Assembly: GCA_963776245.1 (NCBI GenBank)
Contig: CAVZLN010000007.1
Coordinates: forward strand, 1-64,000
Direction: 5' to 3'
Source of the DNA: Candidatus Eiseniibacteriota bacterium
GTDB lineage: Bacteria; Eisenbacteria; RBG-16-71-46
DNA: 64,000 nt
Below are positions 43,001 through 53,571 of this stretch, in pieces. Both the position numbers and the translations under genes were made by a program. Under the pieces are notes generated by a model. It saw only the letters and a program-made list of their open reading frames with translations. It searched no databases and was not told where the DNA came from. Positions within the stretch are counted from its first letter, which is position 1. Every line of letters starts with the position of its first letter.

Positions 43001-43048
43001 GTCGCGCCGCGCCGGCGAGCGCCGGCGGGAGCCGCCGTCACGCCCTGA
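40010..43048 (+). CDS. Bitopic membrane protein with PEGA repeats and a Pro/Ala-rich linker
   Basis: AAGGAG RBS, TM WVAVVVALFLGGWIV and repeats such as VNSRPSGAWIAVDG...TP...PGEH. Confidence 0.8.
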   Translation: MNQALAAATQWMVSARADGEILTAGAGSDGLEFCVVGFPDRFTPEEIAGWVNDLTGVARETATGDTRARTIPPLLHHALTGLLFSHAELWESDGITRPCSAAFVVADGRVAFGWVGEALSEVWVDDGPLEDVYTRVRDDEGREALGIAFDPGCRVRVRLTWTALPGATHAPSAVIEAEWAGATPAFEARVTGAPVAARADSAGEEVEIVSVVARSTAPEAQARQDVEHAAAAEPEFAGSTAAEPAASSPSVEMAPSDMAPASRVVEEATAAIELPGTARAKRGLLGRISSWLRRPKVAGSAGEAAEPGEPPHDASPVRSAAAAPDIAEAEARVPDPAAHPSTPRLEPATGTHEDLFPVSPAPPALARLDVEIEDPHVRVLGPVAADRTPPLLHVPRFEDPTVAGPPRLRVVRVGEESGEWDASPPSPGVPAPAARGPVAIPVAPAPGRAPVHDPSTPAPGPGPIPAAPAADWEPPPSMIADPLADSFEEEALAAALAALAAEVQSDAPPPAVEDAMPAAAVPPAAPAALPSSQSMRAALSARALARSAPVPEARAEAGPLVVQPPPSAEPIPVTVVRAREEAQDTPVPPPAEAPNAPAAESPPSRVPLRPEWPSAAQQMASVPVWKKPWTWVAVVVALFLGGWIVGGLQRDPGQAPRRSPLAALVRGLGLGGARFDVMVNSRPSGAWIAVDGKDLARRTPASIDLPPGEHAITLSITELGSATFKVRGERGERVALDAPLWGTIDVYAANGAPPVTVTFDGRDVGFAPVSLDSVQPGAHDLRFSGPGMPAWGQPVELHVGQRAEVVARPMTSPATGMLEVRASITDDQGTRALAGAAVFVDGEPSGSTPLTLELPRGPHSVRITYRDQTAPVQVIDLPGGNQRFAQFELALGVDRPHLVALESPTRFAAGGTGVVSAGLDGVSANDVREMWLHVRTPEGAWRRYQMAMLKSPTGVVGVVVFPSNLFTPGTRARWYASATVSTGDEYFTEIGNADIGEVAPRRRAPAGAAVTP

Positions 43049-43064
43049 TCCCGTCGCCCGCGGA

Positions 43065-43097
43065 ACGAGGCCCGTCCACGTCGTGGACGGGCCTCGT
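43065..43097. terminator. Near-perfect 33-bp palindrome/hairpin
   Basis: ACGAGGCCCGTCCACG-T-CGTGGACGGGCCTCGT, with no U-tract. Confidence 0.55.
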
Positions 43098-43159
43098 CGC
43101 GTAACGGCCCGCGCGGGTGCGCCGGTGCAGAACCGGCGCTGGCACGGCTCTTCCGCTGG

Positions 43160-45571
43160 ATGCGCCGCATGGGCGGACGCACGGCGGTGGCGGTGGCGGC
43201 GATGGTGTGGCTCGGCCTGCTCGCGGGGACCGGACTGTCTCCGCGGACGTGTGGCACGGTGCTGGGCTTCGCGCTGGCCCTGGCGCCGATCGCGTGGCGC
43301 GGGCCGGTGCGCACCGGCACGGCGGCGCTCCTGGTGGCGGTGGCGCTCGCCGCGGCGGCGCGTGCCGGCGCGCAGCGCGCGGTGCTCGCGGTGGAGCGGG
43401 CGGCGCTGGTGCGCGCTGGCGGGTTCTATCGTGTCGAGGCGCGGGTCACCGGCCCGCCGCTGCGCGCCTCGGGAGAGCCGGTGGCGGTGCTCACGGTCGA
43501 GCGGGCCCGCCCCGCGCTGCCGGGCGGGGCGCGCGTGCGCGTGCGCCTGCCGGCCGGCGACGGCGTGGAATGGGGCGACCGGGTGCGCGTGCTGGCGCGT
43601 CTCGAAGTGCCGCTCACGGCCCGCGACCCGGGCGGCTTCGATGCGCGCGCGGCCGCCGATGCGGCCCACCTGTGCGCGACCGGGCGGGCGCCGAGTGTCG
43701 AGCGGCTCGGCGGCGCGGTGCCGCTCGGCTGGCCGCGCGCCACCGTGGCGCGCGCGCGCCGCGCGCTCGAGCACGTGTACGACACGCGGCTCTCGGCGTC
43801 GGCGCGCGCGCTCGTGGTGCCGCTGGTGACCGGCGATCGCTCGGACATGCCGCCGGGGGTCGAGGCCGACTTCCGCGCGTCGGGGCTGGTGCACCTGCTC
43901 GCGCTCTCGGGCCTGCACGTGGTGTGGCTCGCCGCGCTCGCACGCGGGCTCGCGGGCGCGCTCGGCGGGGGAGTGCGCGCCCGGGCGCTGGCGGGCGCGC
44001 TGTGCGCGCTCGGGTACGTGGGGATCGCCGGGCCGCTGCCGTCGCTGGCGCGCGCGGCGGCATCGGAACTGGCCGGCGCCGCGGCGAAGCTGCGCGGGCG
44101 GGCGCTCGACGCGGTGCAGGCGCTGGCGCTCGCGGCGCTCGCGCTGCTGGTGTGCTTCCCCGGCTGGGCCCACGACCTCGGCTTCCAGCTCTCGTGCGCG
44201 GCGACGCTCGGGCTGGTCACCGTCGCCGCGTGGCTGGACGCGCGCGCGGGACGCTGGCGCGCCTGGCTCGCGGCGTTCACGCCGACCGCCGGGGCGCAAT
44301 TGTGCGCGCTGCCGCTGTTGCTCGCGCGCTTCCATGCGGTGTCGTGGGTGGCCGGGGTCGCGAATCTGGCCGCGGTGCCGGTGTCGGGTCTGCTGCTGAC
44401 CGCGGCGTGGGTGGGAGCGCTGCTCGAGCTGGGCTGGCCCGGCGCCGGCCACCTGTGCCTGTCGGCGTGCGAGCTGCTCGCGCGGGCGCTGGGCGCGCTG
44501 GCGGCACTGGCCGCGCGCGTGCCGAGCGCGCTGGTGCCGTGCGGCAGCGAGCCCGCGACCGCGGCCTTCGCCGCCCTCGGCGCGGCGTTGCTGGCCTGGG
44601 CGCTGGCGCCACGGGCCACGCTGGCGGCGAACACGGCGCCCACGCCGCCCGCACGCCGGCTCGCGGCCTGGGCGGGCGCGTGGTGCGTCGCGCTGGCGCT
44701 GGCGCTCGCGGCCTCCGCGCGCCCGCTGGCACCGCCTCCGGAGCGGACCTGGCTGGTGGCGCTCGACGTGGGGCAGGGCGATGCCATCGCGCTCGCCCAC
44801 GGCGGCGGGTGGTGGCTGGTGGACGCGGGGCCGCGCACGCCGCGATTCGACGCCGGAGAGAGCGTGGTGCTCCCGTTCCTGCGCTGGGCGGGTGTGCGCC
44901 GGCTCGACGCGCTGGTGGTCACCCATGACGACAACGACCATCGCGGGGGCGTGCCGGCCGTGCTCCGGGCCATGCCGGTGGCGCGGGTGTGGGCGCCGGT
45001 GCCGCGGCCCGGAGCGGCCGGCCCGGCGGCGCGTTTCCACGCCCGCACCGCGGCGCGCGGGGACACGCTGTCGCGCGCCCCGCGGCTGATCGTGCGCTGG
45101 CCGCCGCGCGACGAGCCGCCGCTCATCGACGCCCTGTCGACCGCGGACAACCAGGCCGCACTCATCCTCGAGGTGGGCGCCGGCCGCGGGCGGGCGCTGT
45201 TGCTCGCCGATGCCGACAGCGTGGTGGAAGCGGCCCTCGACATCGCCCCCGGGGTGGCGCTGCTGAAGGCCGGCCACCACGGCTCCGGCGCCTCGAGCGG
45301 AGCCGTCTTCGCGGGCCGCCTGCGTCCGTCGGTCGCCATCCTGTCGTGCGGCCGGCGCAATCCGTTCGGCCACCCGCACCGCGGGGCGCTCGAGCGGCTG
45401 GCGGCGAGCGGTGCGCGCCTCGATCGCACCGATGTCGCGGGCGCGCTGTGGTACGAGCTGGACGCCGACGGGTGGCGCGACGTGGATTGGCGCTCCGCCC
45501 GGCCCGGGAGCGCGGCGGCCCGCCCGCCACCGGCGCCGGCATGCGCGGCGCGGGCGCCGCGGCGCCGCTGA
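43160..45571 (+). CDS. comEC: DNA internalization competence protein ComEC/Rec2
   Basis: HLLALSGLHV, GFQLS, LDVGQGD, THDDNDH, GHHGS and NPFGHPH. Confidence 0.93.
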   Translation: MRRMGGRTAVAVAAMVWLGLLAGTGLSPRTCGTVLGFALALAPIAWRGPVRTGTAALLVAVALAAAARAGAQRAVLAVERAALVRAGGFYRVEARVTGPPLRASGEPVAVLTVERARPALPGGARVRVRLPAGDGVEWGDRVRVLARLEVPLTARDPGGFDARAAADAAHLCATGRAPSVERLGGAVPLGWPRATVARARRALEHVYDTRLSASARALVVPLVTGDRSDMPPGVEADFRASGLVHLLALSGLHVVWLAALARGLAGALGGGVRARALAGALCALGYVGIAGPLPSLARAAASELAGAAAKLRGRALDAVQALALAALALLVCFPGWAHDLGFQLSCAATLGLVTVAAWLDARAGRWRAWLAAFTPTAGAQLCALPLLLARFHAVSWVAGVANLAAVPVSGLLLTAAWVGALLELGWPGAGHLCLSACELLARALGALAALAARVPSALVPCGSEPATAAFAALGAALLAWALAPRATLAANTAPTPPARRLAAWAGAWCVALALALAASARPLAPPPERTWLVALDVGQGDAIALAHGGGWWLVDAGPRTPRFDAGESVVLPFLRWAGVRRLDALVVTHDDNDHRGGVPAVLRAMPVARVWAPVPRPGAAGPAARFHARTAARGDTLSRAPRLIVRWPPRDEPPLIDALSTADNQAALILEVGAGRGRALLLADADSVVEAALDIAPGVALLKAGHHGSGASSGAVFAGRLRPSVAILSCGRRNPFGHPHRGALERLAASGARLDRTDVAGALWYELDADGWRDVDWRSARPGSAAARPPPAPACAARAPRRR

Positions 45572-45623
45572 GTGGCCGGGCGCGTCCGGGTCCGCCGCGG
45601 TCGCCGATGACGAGGTCGAGGGC

Positions 45624-45652
45624 TTGCCCGCCCGCGGGGGGCTTGCTAGATT
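45624..45652 (+). promoter_or_regulatory. Promoter of purN, probably leaderless
   Basis: TTGCCC-N17-TAGATT with extended -10 TG, 5 nt before the GTG start. Confidence 0.55.
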
Positions 45653-45657
45653 GCGCC

Positions 45658-46296
45658 GTGCCCTCCTCCACGCGCACGTTGGCCGTGCTCGCCTCCGGCC
45701 GCGGCACCAATTTCGAGGCGCTGGTGCAGGCCGAGCGCCGCGGCGCGCTGGGCGGCCGCATCGCGGTGCTGGCGTGCGACACGCCGGGCGCGGGCGCGAT
45801 CGAGCGCGCGCGGCGGCTCGAGGTCGAGGCGATCACGCCGCCCACCGGCCGCCTCACCACGCGCCTCGAGGACGAGCAGCCGTGGATCGACGCCCTGCGC
45901 CAGCGCGGTGTGGACACCGTGCTGCTGGCCGGCTTCATGCGCCGGCTGCACGCGCCGTTCCTCGCGGCCTTCGCGGGGCGCATCCTCAATCTCCATCCGT
46001 CGCTGTTGCCGGCGTTCCCCGGTCTCGACTCGATCCGCCAGGCGTGGGCGCACGGCGCGCGCGTCACCGGCTGCACGGTGCACCTGGTGGACGACTCGCT
46101 CGACGGGGGACCGATCGTGGCGCAGAGCGCCGTCGAGGTGCGCGACGACGACACCCTCGAGCGGCTCGAGGCGCGCGTCCACGAGGCCGAGCACGTCCTC
46201 TACCCGCTGGCGGTGCGGCGCTTCCTGACCGAGTCGGTCCGCATCGCGGGCCGCCGGATCGAGTTCGGCGCTCCCTCGGAGCTCCGCCATGGCTGA
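45658..46296 (+). CDS. purN: Phosphoribosylglycinamide formyltransferase
   Basis: ASGRGTN, LAGFMR, NLHPSLLP and GCTVH. Confidence 0.95.
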   Translation: MPSSTRTLAVLASGRGTNFEALVQAERRGALGGRIAVLACDTPGAGAIERARRLEVEAITPPTGRLTTRLEDEQPWIDALRQRGVDTVLLAGFMRRLHAPFLAAFAGRILNLHPSLLPAFPGLDSIRQAWAHGARVTGCTVHLVDDSLDGGPIVAQSAVEVRDDDTLERLEARVHEAEHVLYPLAVRRFLTESVRIAGRRIEFGAPSELRHG

Positions 46297-47044
46297 GCGC
46301 CCGCGGCTCGAAGCGGTGATCTTCGACGCCGGCGGCACGCTGGTGCGGCTCGACTTCGAGTGGATGAGCGACGTGCTCGCCGACTTCGACCGCACCATCC
46401 CGCCGCGCGCGCTGCGCCGGAGCGAGATCGAGGGGCGCCGCTGGTACGACGCCAGCCGCGGGCGCCCCGCGGCCGCGGAGCCGCGCCACGCGGCGCTCGG
46501 TGTGCACGGGGACACCGCCGCGTACTTCACCGGGATGCTCGCCGCCGCCGGCGCGCCGGAAGCCATCGTGCCCCGGGTGCTCGAGCGCTTCTTCGCCCGT
46601 CATCTCGAGCGCGGCCTGTGGACGCGGCCGTGCGAAGGCGCGCGCGCGGCGCTCGACGCGCTGGCCGCGCTGCCGCTGCGGCTGGCCTGCGTCTCGAACT
46701 CCGACGGGCGCGCCGAAGCCCACCTCGCCGACTGCGGGGTGCGCGAGGGCCTCGAGTTCGTGGTCGACTCGAAGCAGGTCGGCATCGAGAAGCCCGATCC
46801 GCGCATCTTCGCGCTCGCCCTCGAGCGGCTGGGCGTGGCGCCGGAACGGTCGCTCTACGTCGGCGACATCCGGTCGGTGGACGAGGTGGGGGCGCGGGCT
46901 GCGGGCATGCACTTCGTGTTGCTCGACCCGGGGATGGACTACGGCGAGGGCGATGCGCGCATCCCGGCCATCGACGCCCTGGCGCCGTGGGTCACGGCGC
47001 ACTTCGAGCTGCCGGAGACTCGCGCCGGCGCGCCACGCTACTAG
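46289..47044 (+). CDS. HAD-superfamily hydrolase
   Basis: FDAGGTL, VSNSD, EKPDPRIF and YVGD. Confidence 0.9.
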   Translation: MAERPRLEAVIFDAGGTLVRLDFEWMSDVLADFDRTIPPRALRRSEIEGRRWYDASRGRPAAAEPRHAALGVHGDTAAYFTGMLAAAGAPEAIVPRVLERFFARHLERGLWTRPCEGARAALDALAALPLRLACVSNSDGRAEAHLADCGVREGLEFVVDSKQVGIEKPDPRIFALALERLGVAPERSLYVGDIRSVDEVGARAAGMHFVLLDPGMDYGEGDARIPAIDALAPWVTAHFELPETRAGAPRY

Positions 47045-47061
47045 ATGAGGAGGATCGGCAC

Positions 47062-48008
47062 ATGAGCGCGGCCCGGACCCCGATCGAGATCCCCGCCGAG
47101 TGGCTGGATCCCGCGCGCGCGATGGCCGAGGTCGAGGTCCCGGGGGCGCGCATCTGGCGCCGCGGCAAGGTGCGCACGGTGTACGAGGCCGGCCCCGCGC
47201 ACCTCGTCGTCGTCGCGAGCGACCGGCTGTCCGCCTACGACTCGATCCTGCCCACGCCCATCCCGGGCAAGGGCGCCATCCTCTCGAGCCTCTCCGCGTT
47301 CTGGATGCGCACGCTCGCCAGCGCCGCGCCCCATCACCTGGTGAGCGACGACCCCGCCAGCTTCCCGGCGCCGTTCGCCGCCGCGGCGGACCGCCTGCGC
47401 GGGCGCGCGCAGCTGGTGCGCCGGGCCGAGCGCATCGACGTCGAGTGCGTGGTGCGCGGCCACCTCACGGGCGCGGGGTGGAAGGAGTACCGCCAGGGGG
47501 GCATGGTGTGCGGCCTCGCGCTGCCCCGCCGGACTGCGCGAGGGCGCGCGGCTCGAGCCCGCGATCTTCACGCCCGCGACGAAGCACGACACCGGGCACG
47601 ACGAGAACCTCCCGTTCGAGCGCATGGCGGCGATGCTCTGGCGCCGAGACCGCCGCGGCGCTGCGCGCGCGCGCCCTCGCGCTCTACGAGGAGGCGCGCG
47701 CGATCGCCTGGGCGCGCGGACTGGTGCTGGTGGACACCAAGTTCGAGTTCGGCCGGGTGGACGGCGCGCTCACGCTCATCGACGAGGCGCTCACGCCCGA
47801 CTCCTCGCGCTACTGGGACCGCGCGGCGTACGAGGCCGGGCGGCTGGAGTCGTTCGACAAGCAGATCGTGCGCGACTGGCTCGACCGGAGCGGCTGGGAC
47901 CACGAGCCGCCGGCCCCCGCGCTGCCGGCCGAGGTGGTGCGCCGCACCCAGGAGCGCTACCTCGAGTGCGTGCGGCGTCTGAGCGGCGGCGGGGGAGGAG
48001 CGCCATGA
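47062..48008 (+). CDS. purC: SAICAR synthase (frameshifts near 47528 and 47640)
   Basis: GKVR, SDRLSAYD, ECVVRG, DTKFEFG, DEALTPDSSR and FDKQ. Confidence 0.93.
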
Positions 48009-49537
48009 CGTGGCCGAAGGCCGCACTGCTCTCGCTCTCCGACCGCACCGGCGCGGCTGAGTTCGCACGCGCGCTCGCCGCGCGGGGCACGCGCCTGCTG
48101 GCCAGCGGCGGGACCGCCCGGCACCTCGCCGAGGCCGGGCTCGCGGTCACCCCGCTGGAGGAATGGACCGGCTTCGCCGAGATGCTCGGCGGCCGGGTGA
48201 AGACGCTGCACCCGCACGTGCACGGCCCGATCCTCGCGCGCCGTGAGGTCCCGGGCGACCTCGCGGCGCTCGCGGAGCGCGGACTGGAGCCGATCGACCT
48301 GGTGGCCGTGACGCTCTATCCGTTCGAGGAGCGGGGTGCCCGGCTCGACGACGCGGGCATGGTCGAGGAGATCGACATCGGCGGGGTGGCGTTGCTGCGC
48401 GCCGCGGCCAAGAACCACGCGAGCGTGATCGTGGTGCACGATCCGGCGCACTACGGCGAGGTGCTGGCCGCGCTCGAGGGCGACGGCCCGTCGCCCGGTC
48501 AGCGCCGCGCGTGGGCGCTGCGCACCTTCGCGCGCACCGCGCGCTACGACGCCGCCATCGCCACCGAACTGGCGCGGCGCCAGGCGCCGGACGCCCCGCC
48601 GCCGGTGCACGTGCTGGCGCTCGAGCGCGTGCGCACGCTGCGCTACGGCGAGAACCCGCACCAGGAGGCCGCGCTCTACGCGCGCGCCGGAGGCGGCGCG
48701 GCGCTCGCGGCGTGGCGCGAGGGCAAGGAGCTCTCGTACAACAACCTGCTCGACCTCGAGGCCGCGGTCGATCTGGTGGCGCGCTTCGACGGGCCGGCGT
48801 GCGTGATCGTGAAGCACGGACAGCCGTGCGGCGCGGCGTGCGCCGGGACGCCGGCCGCGGCGTATCAGCAGGCCCTGAAGTCCGACGAGCTCTCGGCGTT
48901 CGGCGGCATCGTGGCGTTCAACCGGACGCTCGACGGCGCGACCGCCGCACCGCTCGCGCGGCAGTTCGTGGAGTGCGTGGCGGCGCCCGACATCGCGCCC
49001 GAGGCGGACGCCGCGCTGGCGGGGAAGAAGAACCTGCGCGTGGTGCGCCTGGTAGCCGCCGATCTCGCGAGCGCCGACCCGTGGCGGGCGCGTTTCGTCG
49101 GGCCGTGGGCCCTGCTCCAGCGCGACACCGGCGGCGCGCCCCCGGAATGGAAGGTGGTCACCGCGCGCGTGCCGGCGCCCGAGGAGATGCGCGCGCTGCG
49201 CTTCGCGTGGGAGGTGGCCTCCGCCGCGCGCTCGAACGCCATCGCGCTCGCGCGCGGCACCTGGCTGGTGGGGATCGGCAGCGGCCAGACCTCGCGCGTG
49301 GACGCGGTGGACGTGGCCCTGATGAAGGCGCGGCGCGCGGGCCACGACGTGCGGGGGGCGGTGCTCGCGAGCGATGGGTTCCTGCCGTTCGCCGACAACG
49401 TCGAGCACGCGGCGGAGGCCGGCATCACCGCGGTGGTGCAGCCGGGGCGCTCGATGCGCGACGGCGAGGTGATCGACGCGTGCGACCGGCTGGGGATCGC
49501 GATGGTGTTCACGGAGCGACGGACGTTCCGGCATTGA
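48005..49537 (+). CDS. purH: Bifunctional AICAR transformylase/IMP cyclohydrolase
   Basis: GRVKTLHP, IDIGG, YGENPHQ, LSYNN and terminal FRH. Confidence 0.96.
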   Translation: MTWPKAALLSLSDRTGAAEFARALAARGTRLLASGGTARHLAEAGLAVTPLEEWTGFAEMLGGRVKTLHPHVHGPILARREVPGDLAALAERGLEPIDLVAVTLYPFEERGARLDDAGMVEEIDIGGVALLRAAAKNHASVIVVHDPAHYGEVLAALEGDGPSPGQRRAWALRTFARTARYDAAIATELARRQAPDAPPPVHVLALERVRTLRYGENPHQEAALYARAGGGAALAAWREGKELSYNNLLDLEAAVDLVARFDGPACVIVKHGQPCGAACAGTPAAAYQQALKSDELSAFGGIVAFNRTLDGATAAPLARQFVECVAAPDIAPEADAALAGKKNLRVVRLVAADLASADPWRARFVGPWALLQRDTGGAPPEWKVVTARVPAPEEMRALRFAWEVASAARSNAIALARGTWLVGIGSGQTSRVDAVDVALMKARRAGHDVRGAVLASDGFLPFADNVEHAAEAGITAVVQPGRSMRDGEVIDACDRLGIAMVFTERRTFRH

Positions 49538-49612
49538 GCGCACGCGGCGGGCGCCGGTCTTGACCGCCGTCCGGCCGCGGGGTAAGAGTGCCACTCGAGG
49601 AGGTGCCCCGGC

Positions 49613-49870
49613 ATGGACTCGGACCGCCGTCACGTGATCTCGCTCGCCGCCTACGCGACCGCGGCGATCCTGCTGTTGTTCTTCTTCGTCCGCCCGCTGT
49701 GGGCGTGGGCGATGTGGAACGAGGCAGGGGGCACGCTCGACCTCGGCTTCGTGCGATTCACCACGCGGCCCCCGTTCCCGGCCGACGCGCGCAGCGTGAT
49801 CGTCGGGCTGGTGCTCCCCATCGCGCTGGCCGCCACCGGCCGCATCCTCCAGATGGCGCGGCGGGACTAG
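49613..49870 (+). CDS. Small two-TM membrane protein
   Basis: GAGGAGG RBS and two hydrophobic segments. Confidence 0.6.
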   Translation: MDSDRRHVISLAAYATAAILLLFFFVRPLWAWAMWNEAGGTLDLGFVRFTTRPPFPADARSVIVGLVLPIALAATGRILQMARRD

Positions 49871-49889
49871 CCGGTGTCGGAGCCGCCCG

Positions 49890-51432
49890 ATGCCCCGTGA
49901 GCTCGTCCTCATCCTCGACTTCGGCTCGCAGTACACGCAGCTGATCGCGCGCCGGGTGCGGGAGCTCGGGGTGTTCTCCGAGATCGTGCGCGGCGACACC
50001 CCGCTCGCGGAGATCCGTGACCGCCGGCCGAGCGCGCTCATCCTGTCGGGCTCCCCGGCGTCCGGCTATCAGGCGGCGGCGCCGCTGCCCGACCCCGGGA
50101 TCTACGGACTGAAGAAGCCGCTGCTCGGCATCTGCTACGGCTTCCAGGTGACCGTGCACCTGACCGGCGGCGTGGTGGCGCAGGCCGCGCGCGCCGAGTA
50201 CGGCACCGCGACCTTCGTGCAGGACGGCCGGTCGCCGCTGTTCGCCGGCGTGCCGAAGCGCTTCCGCGCCTGGATGAGCCATGGTGACGAGGTCCGGGCG
50301 CTGGGCGACGGCTGGCGGCGGCTGGCCCACACCTCGAACTGCGCGTTCGCCGCGGCGCAGCACACGCACCTGCCGTTTTACCTCATCCAGTTCCATCCCG
50401 AGGTGGTGCACTCGCCCTAGGGCCGGCAGGTGCTCCACAACTTCCTGTTCCGGGTCGCGCGGCTGAAGGGCGGCTGGAGCATGAAGGGATTCGTGAAGCA
50501 GGCGATCGCGGACATCCACACGCGGGTGGGGGCCCGCGGCCAGGTGCTGCTGGGGCTCTCGGGCGGGGTGGACTCCACGGTCGCGGCGACGCTGCTCCAC
50601 CGCGCCATCGGCGCCGCGCCTGAAGTGCGTGCTGGTGAACCACGGCATGCTGCGCGAGGGTGAGGCGGAGGAGGTGGCGCTCGAGCTGGGTGCGAAGCGC
50701 AATCTCGACCTCACGGTGGTGGACGCGCGACGGCGCTTCCTCGACCGGCTCGCGGGGGTGACCGACCCGGAGCAGAAGCGCAAGGTGATCGGCGACGAGT
50801 TCATCGCGGTGTTCGAGGAGGAGGCGAAGAAGCACGGCCCGGTCGCGTTCCTCGCCCAGGGCACGCTCTACCCGGACGTCATCGAGAGCGCGTCGGCCGG
50901 CTGGGGCGCGCAGGTCATCAAGTCGCACCACAACGTCGGCGGACTGCCCGCGCACATGGATCTCGAGCTGGTCGAGCCCCTGCGCTGGCTGTTCAAGGAC
51001 GAGGTGCGCGCGCTCGGCCGCGAGCTGGGCCTGCCGGACCACCTGGTGGACCGCCACCCGTTCCCCGGGCCGGGGCTCGCGGTGCGCACGCTCGCCGCGG
51101 TGAACGAACGCGACCTCGAGATCCTGCGCCGGGCCGACGCCATCTTCATCGAGGAGCTGCGGCGCGCGAAGTGGTACGGGCGGACGTGGCAGGCGTTCGC
51201 GGTGCTGCTGCCGGTGCACACGGTGGGCGTCAAGGGCGACGAACGCTCGTACGAAAAGGTCATCGCGCTGCGCGCGGTGAACTCGAGCGACGGCATGACC
51301 GCGGACTGGACGCGCCTGCCGGCCTCGCTGCTCGAGCGCGCGGCGAGCCGCATCGCCAACGAGGTGCGGGGGGTGAACCGCGTGGTGTACGACGTCACCA
51401 GCAAGCCGCCGGCGACCATCGAGTGGGAATGA
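49890..51432 (+). CDS. guaA: GMP synthase (in-frame TAG at 50418 and frameshift near 50615, likely read errors)
   Basis: [33 protein letters not shown] and KPPATIEWE. Confidence 0.95.
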
Positions 51433-53537
51433 CGCCGGCGCGGGTCGCGGCGCGGGTGCGCGGCGTGGGGCTGGCGCTCGCCGCGATGGTCGGCGTGGCG
51501 GCCGGGGGCCCGGCGCGCGCGGCGTCCCTCGGACTCGGAGCGCCGGCGCTCGACCCTTCGGGCGCGGTGCGCTGGGCCGCGCGCCCCGACTCGTCGCCTG
51601 GCTGGGCGGGCGGTCTCACCCTCGCGCGGGCGACGCGCGCCGACTCGGTCCTGCTGCTCGAGCGCATGGTGGCGCAGCCGAGGCTGCGGATGGCGGCGTA
51701 CCACCGCCTCGGCGCCCTGTGGCTGGCGTCGGGCGACACGGCGCGCGCCGACTCGTGCTGGGCCCAGGCGGCCGGCGCGCGCAGCCTGTGGGCTTGGGCC
51801 GCGATGCGCGGCCGCGCGTCGCTCGCGCTGGCGCGCGGCGACGCCCTCGGCGCCGAGGAGATCCTCGGATCCTCCGAACGCGAGGGCTGGCCCGATGCCG
51901 ACCGCGCGGCGTGGCTCGCGCTGCGCGTCCGGCTGCGGGTCGCGCTGGCGGACACCACGCGGGCGATCCAGCTCGCGCGCCAGGCGCTCCGCGTCTACCC
52001 GTCGGCCGCCGCGACCGCGTCCGTGCTCGACACGCTCGATGGGTTGCTGGTTGCCCGCGGGGACTCGCTCGCGGCCTCGGAGGAGCGCGCCGCGGCGGAG
52101 GCCGAGATCTACCGCGGCGACCGGCTCGCGGCGGCGCGGCGCCTGCGCCGGGCGCTGCCGCGCCTCGCGGGGGCGGAGCGTTCCGCGGCGGCGGTGCGGC
52201 TCGCCGAGGTGCTGCGCGGGGCGCGACGCTTCGGGGCGGCCGACGAGGCCGCGCAGGCCGCGCTCGCGGCGGCGCCCGACGACGGGGCGCGGGCGCGGGC
52301 CCTGCTCGAGCGCGCCCGGGTCGCGCGCGACGGCGGCCGGGTCGACGATGCCCTCAGCGGCTACGCGGCCGCGGCGGCCGCCGCGCCGGACAGCGCGACG
52401 CGGGACGTGGCGTGGTGGGAGTCCGGACGCGCGGCCGAGGACGCGGAGCGCTGGCCGGTGGCGCTGGCGTCCTTCGCGCGCGGCGCCGCGGCCGGCGGGC
52501 GGCGCGCGCGCGACGCCGCGCTGCGGGCCGGGCTGATGCAGTTCGTGGCCGGCCGGCCCGACTCGGCCTGCGCGTGGTGGGCGGGCGACAGCTCGGATGC
52601 CGCCTGCTTCTGGTGGGGGGTCGGGATGCGCGCGCAGAGGCGGAGCGCGGCGGGAGACTCCGCGCTGCGGCAGGTCGCCCGGCGGCCGGGATACGCGTTC
52701 CACCGGGTCGCCGCGCGCGAATCGCTCGGGGTGCGCGGATGGCCGGGCGGCGCCGTGGCGGAGGACAGCTGCGCGGGCGGCTCGGCGGGCTGCGACGCGC
52801 TGGGGGACGCGCGAGCGCTGCTCGCGCTCGGGCTCGACGACGACGCGTCGCTGGTGCTGTCGCGGTGGACGGCGGGGGACGTCCGCGTCGGGCGCGTGGG
52901 GCCCGGGGCCGATCCGGGCGGATGGCTGGCGGGCGCCCGGCTGGCGTACGCCGCCGGGCGCACCGGTCTCGGCATCGTGCTCGCCGACCGCGCGCTGCGC
53001 GAAGCGGCCGAGCGCCCCGCCGAGGAGCAGTGGACGATCGTGCCGTGGGCGTATCCGCCGGCGTTCGAAGAGCTGTTCGTGGCGTCGTCCGACCCCGCGA
53101 CCGGGGCGATCGAGCCCGCGCTCCTGTTCGCCGTCACGAGCCAGGAGAGCCGCTTCGACCCGCGCGCGCGCTCGGCCAGCGACGCGCTCGGCCTGATGCA
53201 GCTCAAGCTCTCCACCGCCGCCGACGTCGCGCGCTGGGCCCACGAGCGCGCGCCGGCCGAGAGCACCCTGTTCGACCCGGCCCTCAACGTGCGCTACGGC
53301 GCGCGCTACCTGGGGCGCCTGCTCGAGCGCACGGGTGGCAGCGTGGCGGTGGCGCTCTCGGCGTACAACGCCGGGCCGGGATCGCTGCCCGCCGGCTGGC
53401 GTGACCTGCTGGCGCGCGGGGGCGAGGCGCTGTTCTGCGAGATCGCCTCCAACGCCGCCGCCCAGGACTACGCGCGCAAGATCCTCGGCTTCCGTCAGGC
53501 CTATCGCGAGCTGAGACCGACCGCGGCGACACGCTGA
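51429..53537 (+). CDS. Slt-type lytic transglycosylase with helical/TPR N-terminus
   Basis: QESRFDP, GLMQ and AYNAG. Confidence 0.85.
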   Translation: MTPARVAARVRGVGLALAAMVGVAAGGPARAASLGLGAPALDPSGAVRWAARPDSSPGWAGGLTLARATRADSVLLLERMVAQPRLRMAAYHRLGALWLASGDTARADSCWAQAAGARSLWAWAAMRGRASLALARGDALGAEEILGSSEREGWPDADRAAWLALRVRLRVALADTTRAIQLARQALRVYPSAAATASVLDTLDGLLVARGDSLAASEERAAAEAEIYRGDRLAAARRLRRALPRLAGAERSAAAVRLAEVLRGARRFGAADEAAQAALAAAPDDGARARALLERARVARDGGRVDDALSGYAAAAAAAPDSATRDVAWWESGRAAEDAERWPVALASFARGAAAGGRRARDAALRAGLMQFVAGRPDSACAWWAGDSSDAACFWWGVGMRAQRRSAAGDSALRQVARRPGYAFHRVAARESLGVRGWPGGAVAEDSCAGGSAGCDALGDARALLALGLDDDASLVLSRWTAGDVRVGRVGPGADPGGWLAGARLAYAAGRTGLGIVLADRALREAAERPAEEQWTIVPWAYPPAFEELFVASSDPATGAIEPALLFAVTSQESRFDPRARSASDALGLMQLKLSTAADVARWAHERAPAESTLFDPALNVRYGARYLGRLLERTGGSVAVALSAYNAGPGSLPAGWRDLLARGGEALFCEIASNAAAQDYARKILGFRQAYRELRPTAATR

Positions 53538-53571
53538 CGCGCGGCCACGCGTTTCTGCTACCGTGCGGCGC

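Noticed and set aside
39338..45379. 2013-aa minus-strand ORF and similar long antisense ORFs (e.g. 16983-20351, 50868-53867)
   Set aside because: These are shadow ORFs of high-GC genes on the opposite strand: R/A/G/P-rich, with no recognisable motifs.
50418..50420. Stop-codon reassignment or pyrrolysine at the guaA TAG
   Set aside because: TAG ends other genes at the expected positions (13373, 18572, 35174), and no pyl genes are visible.
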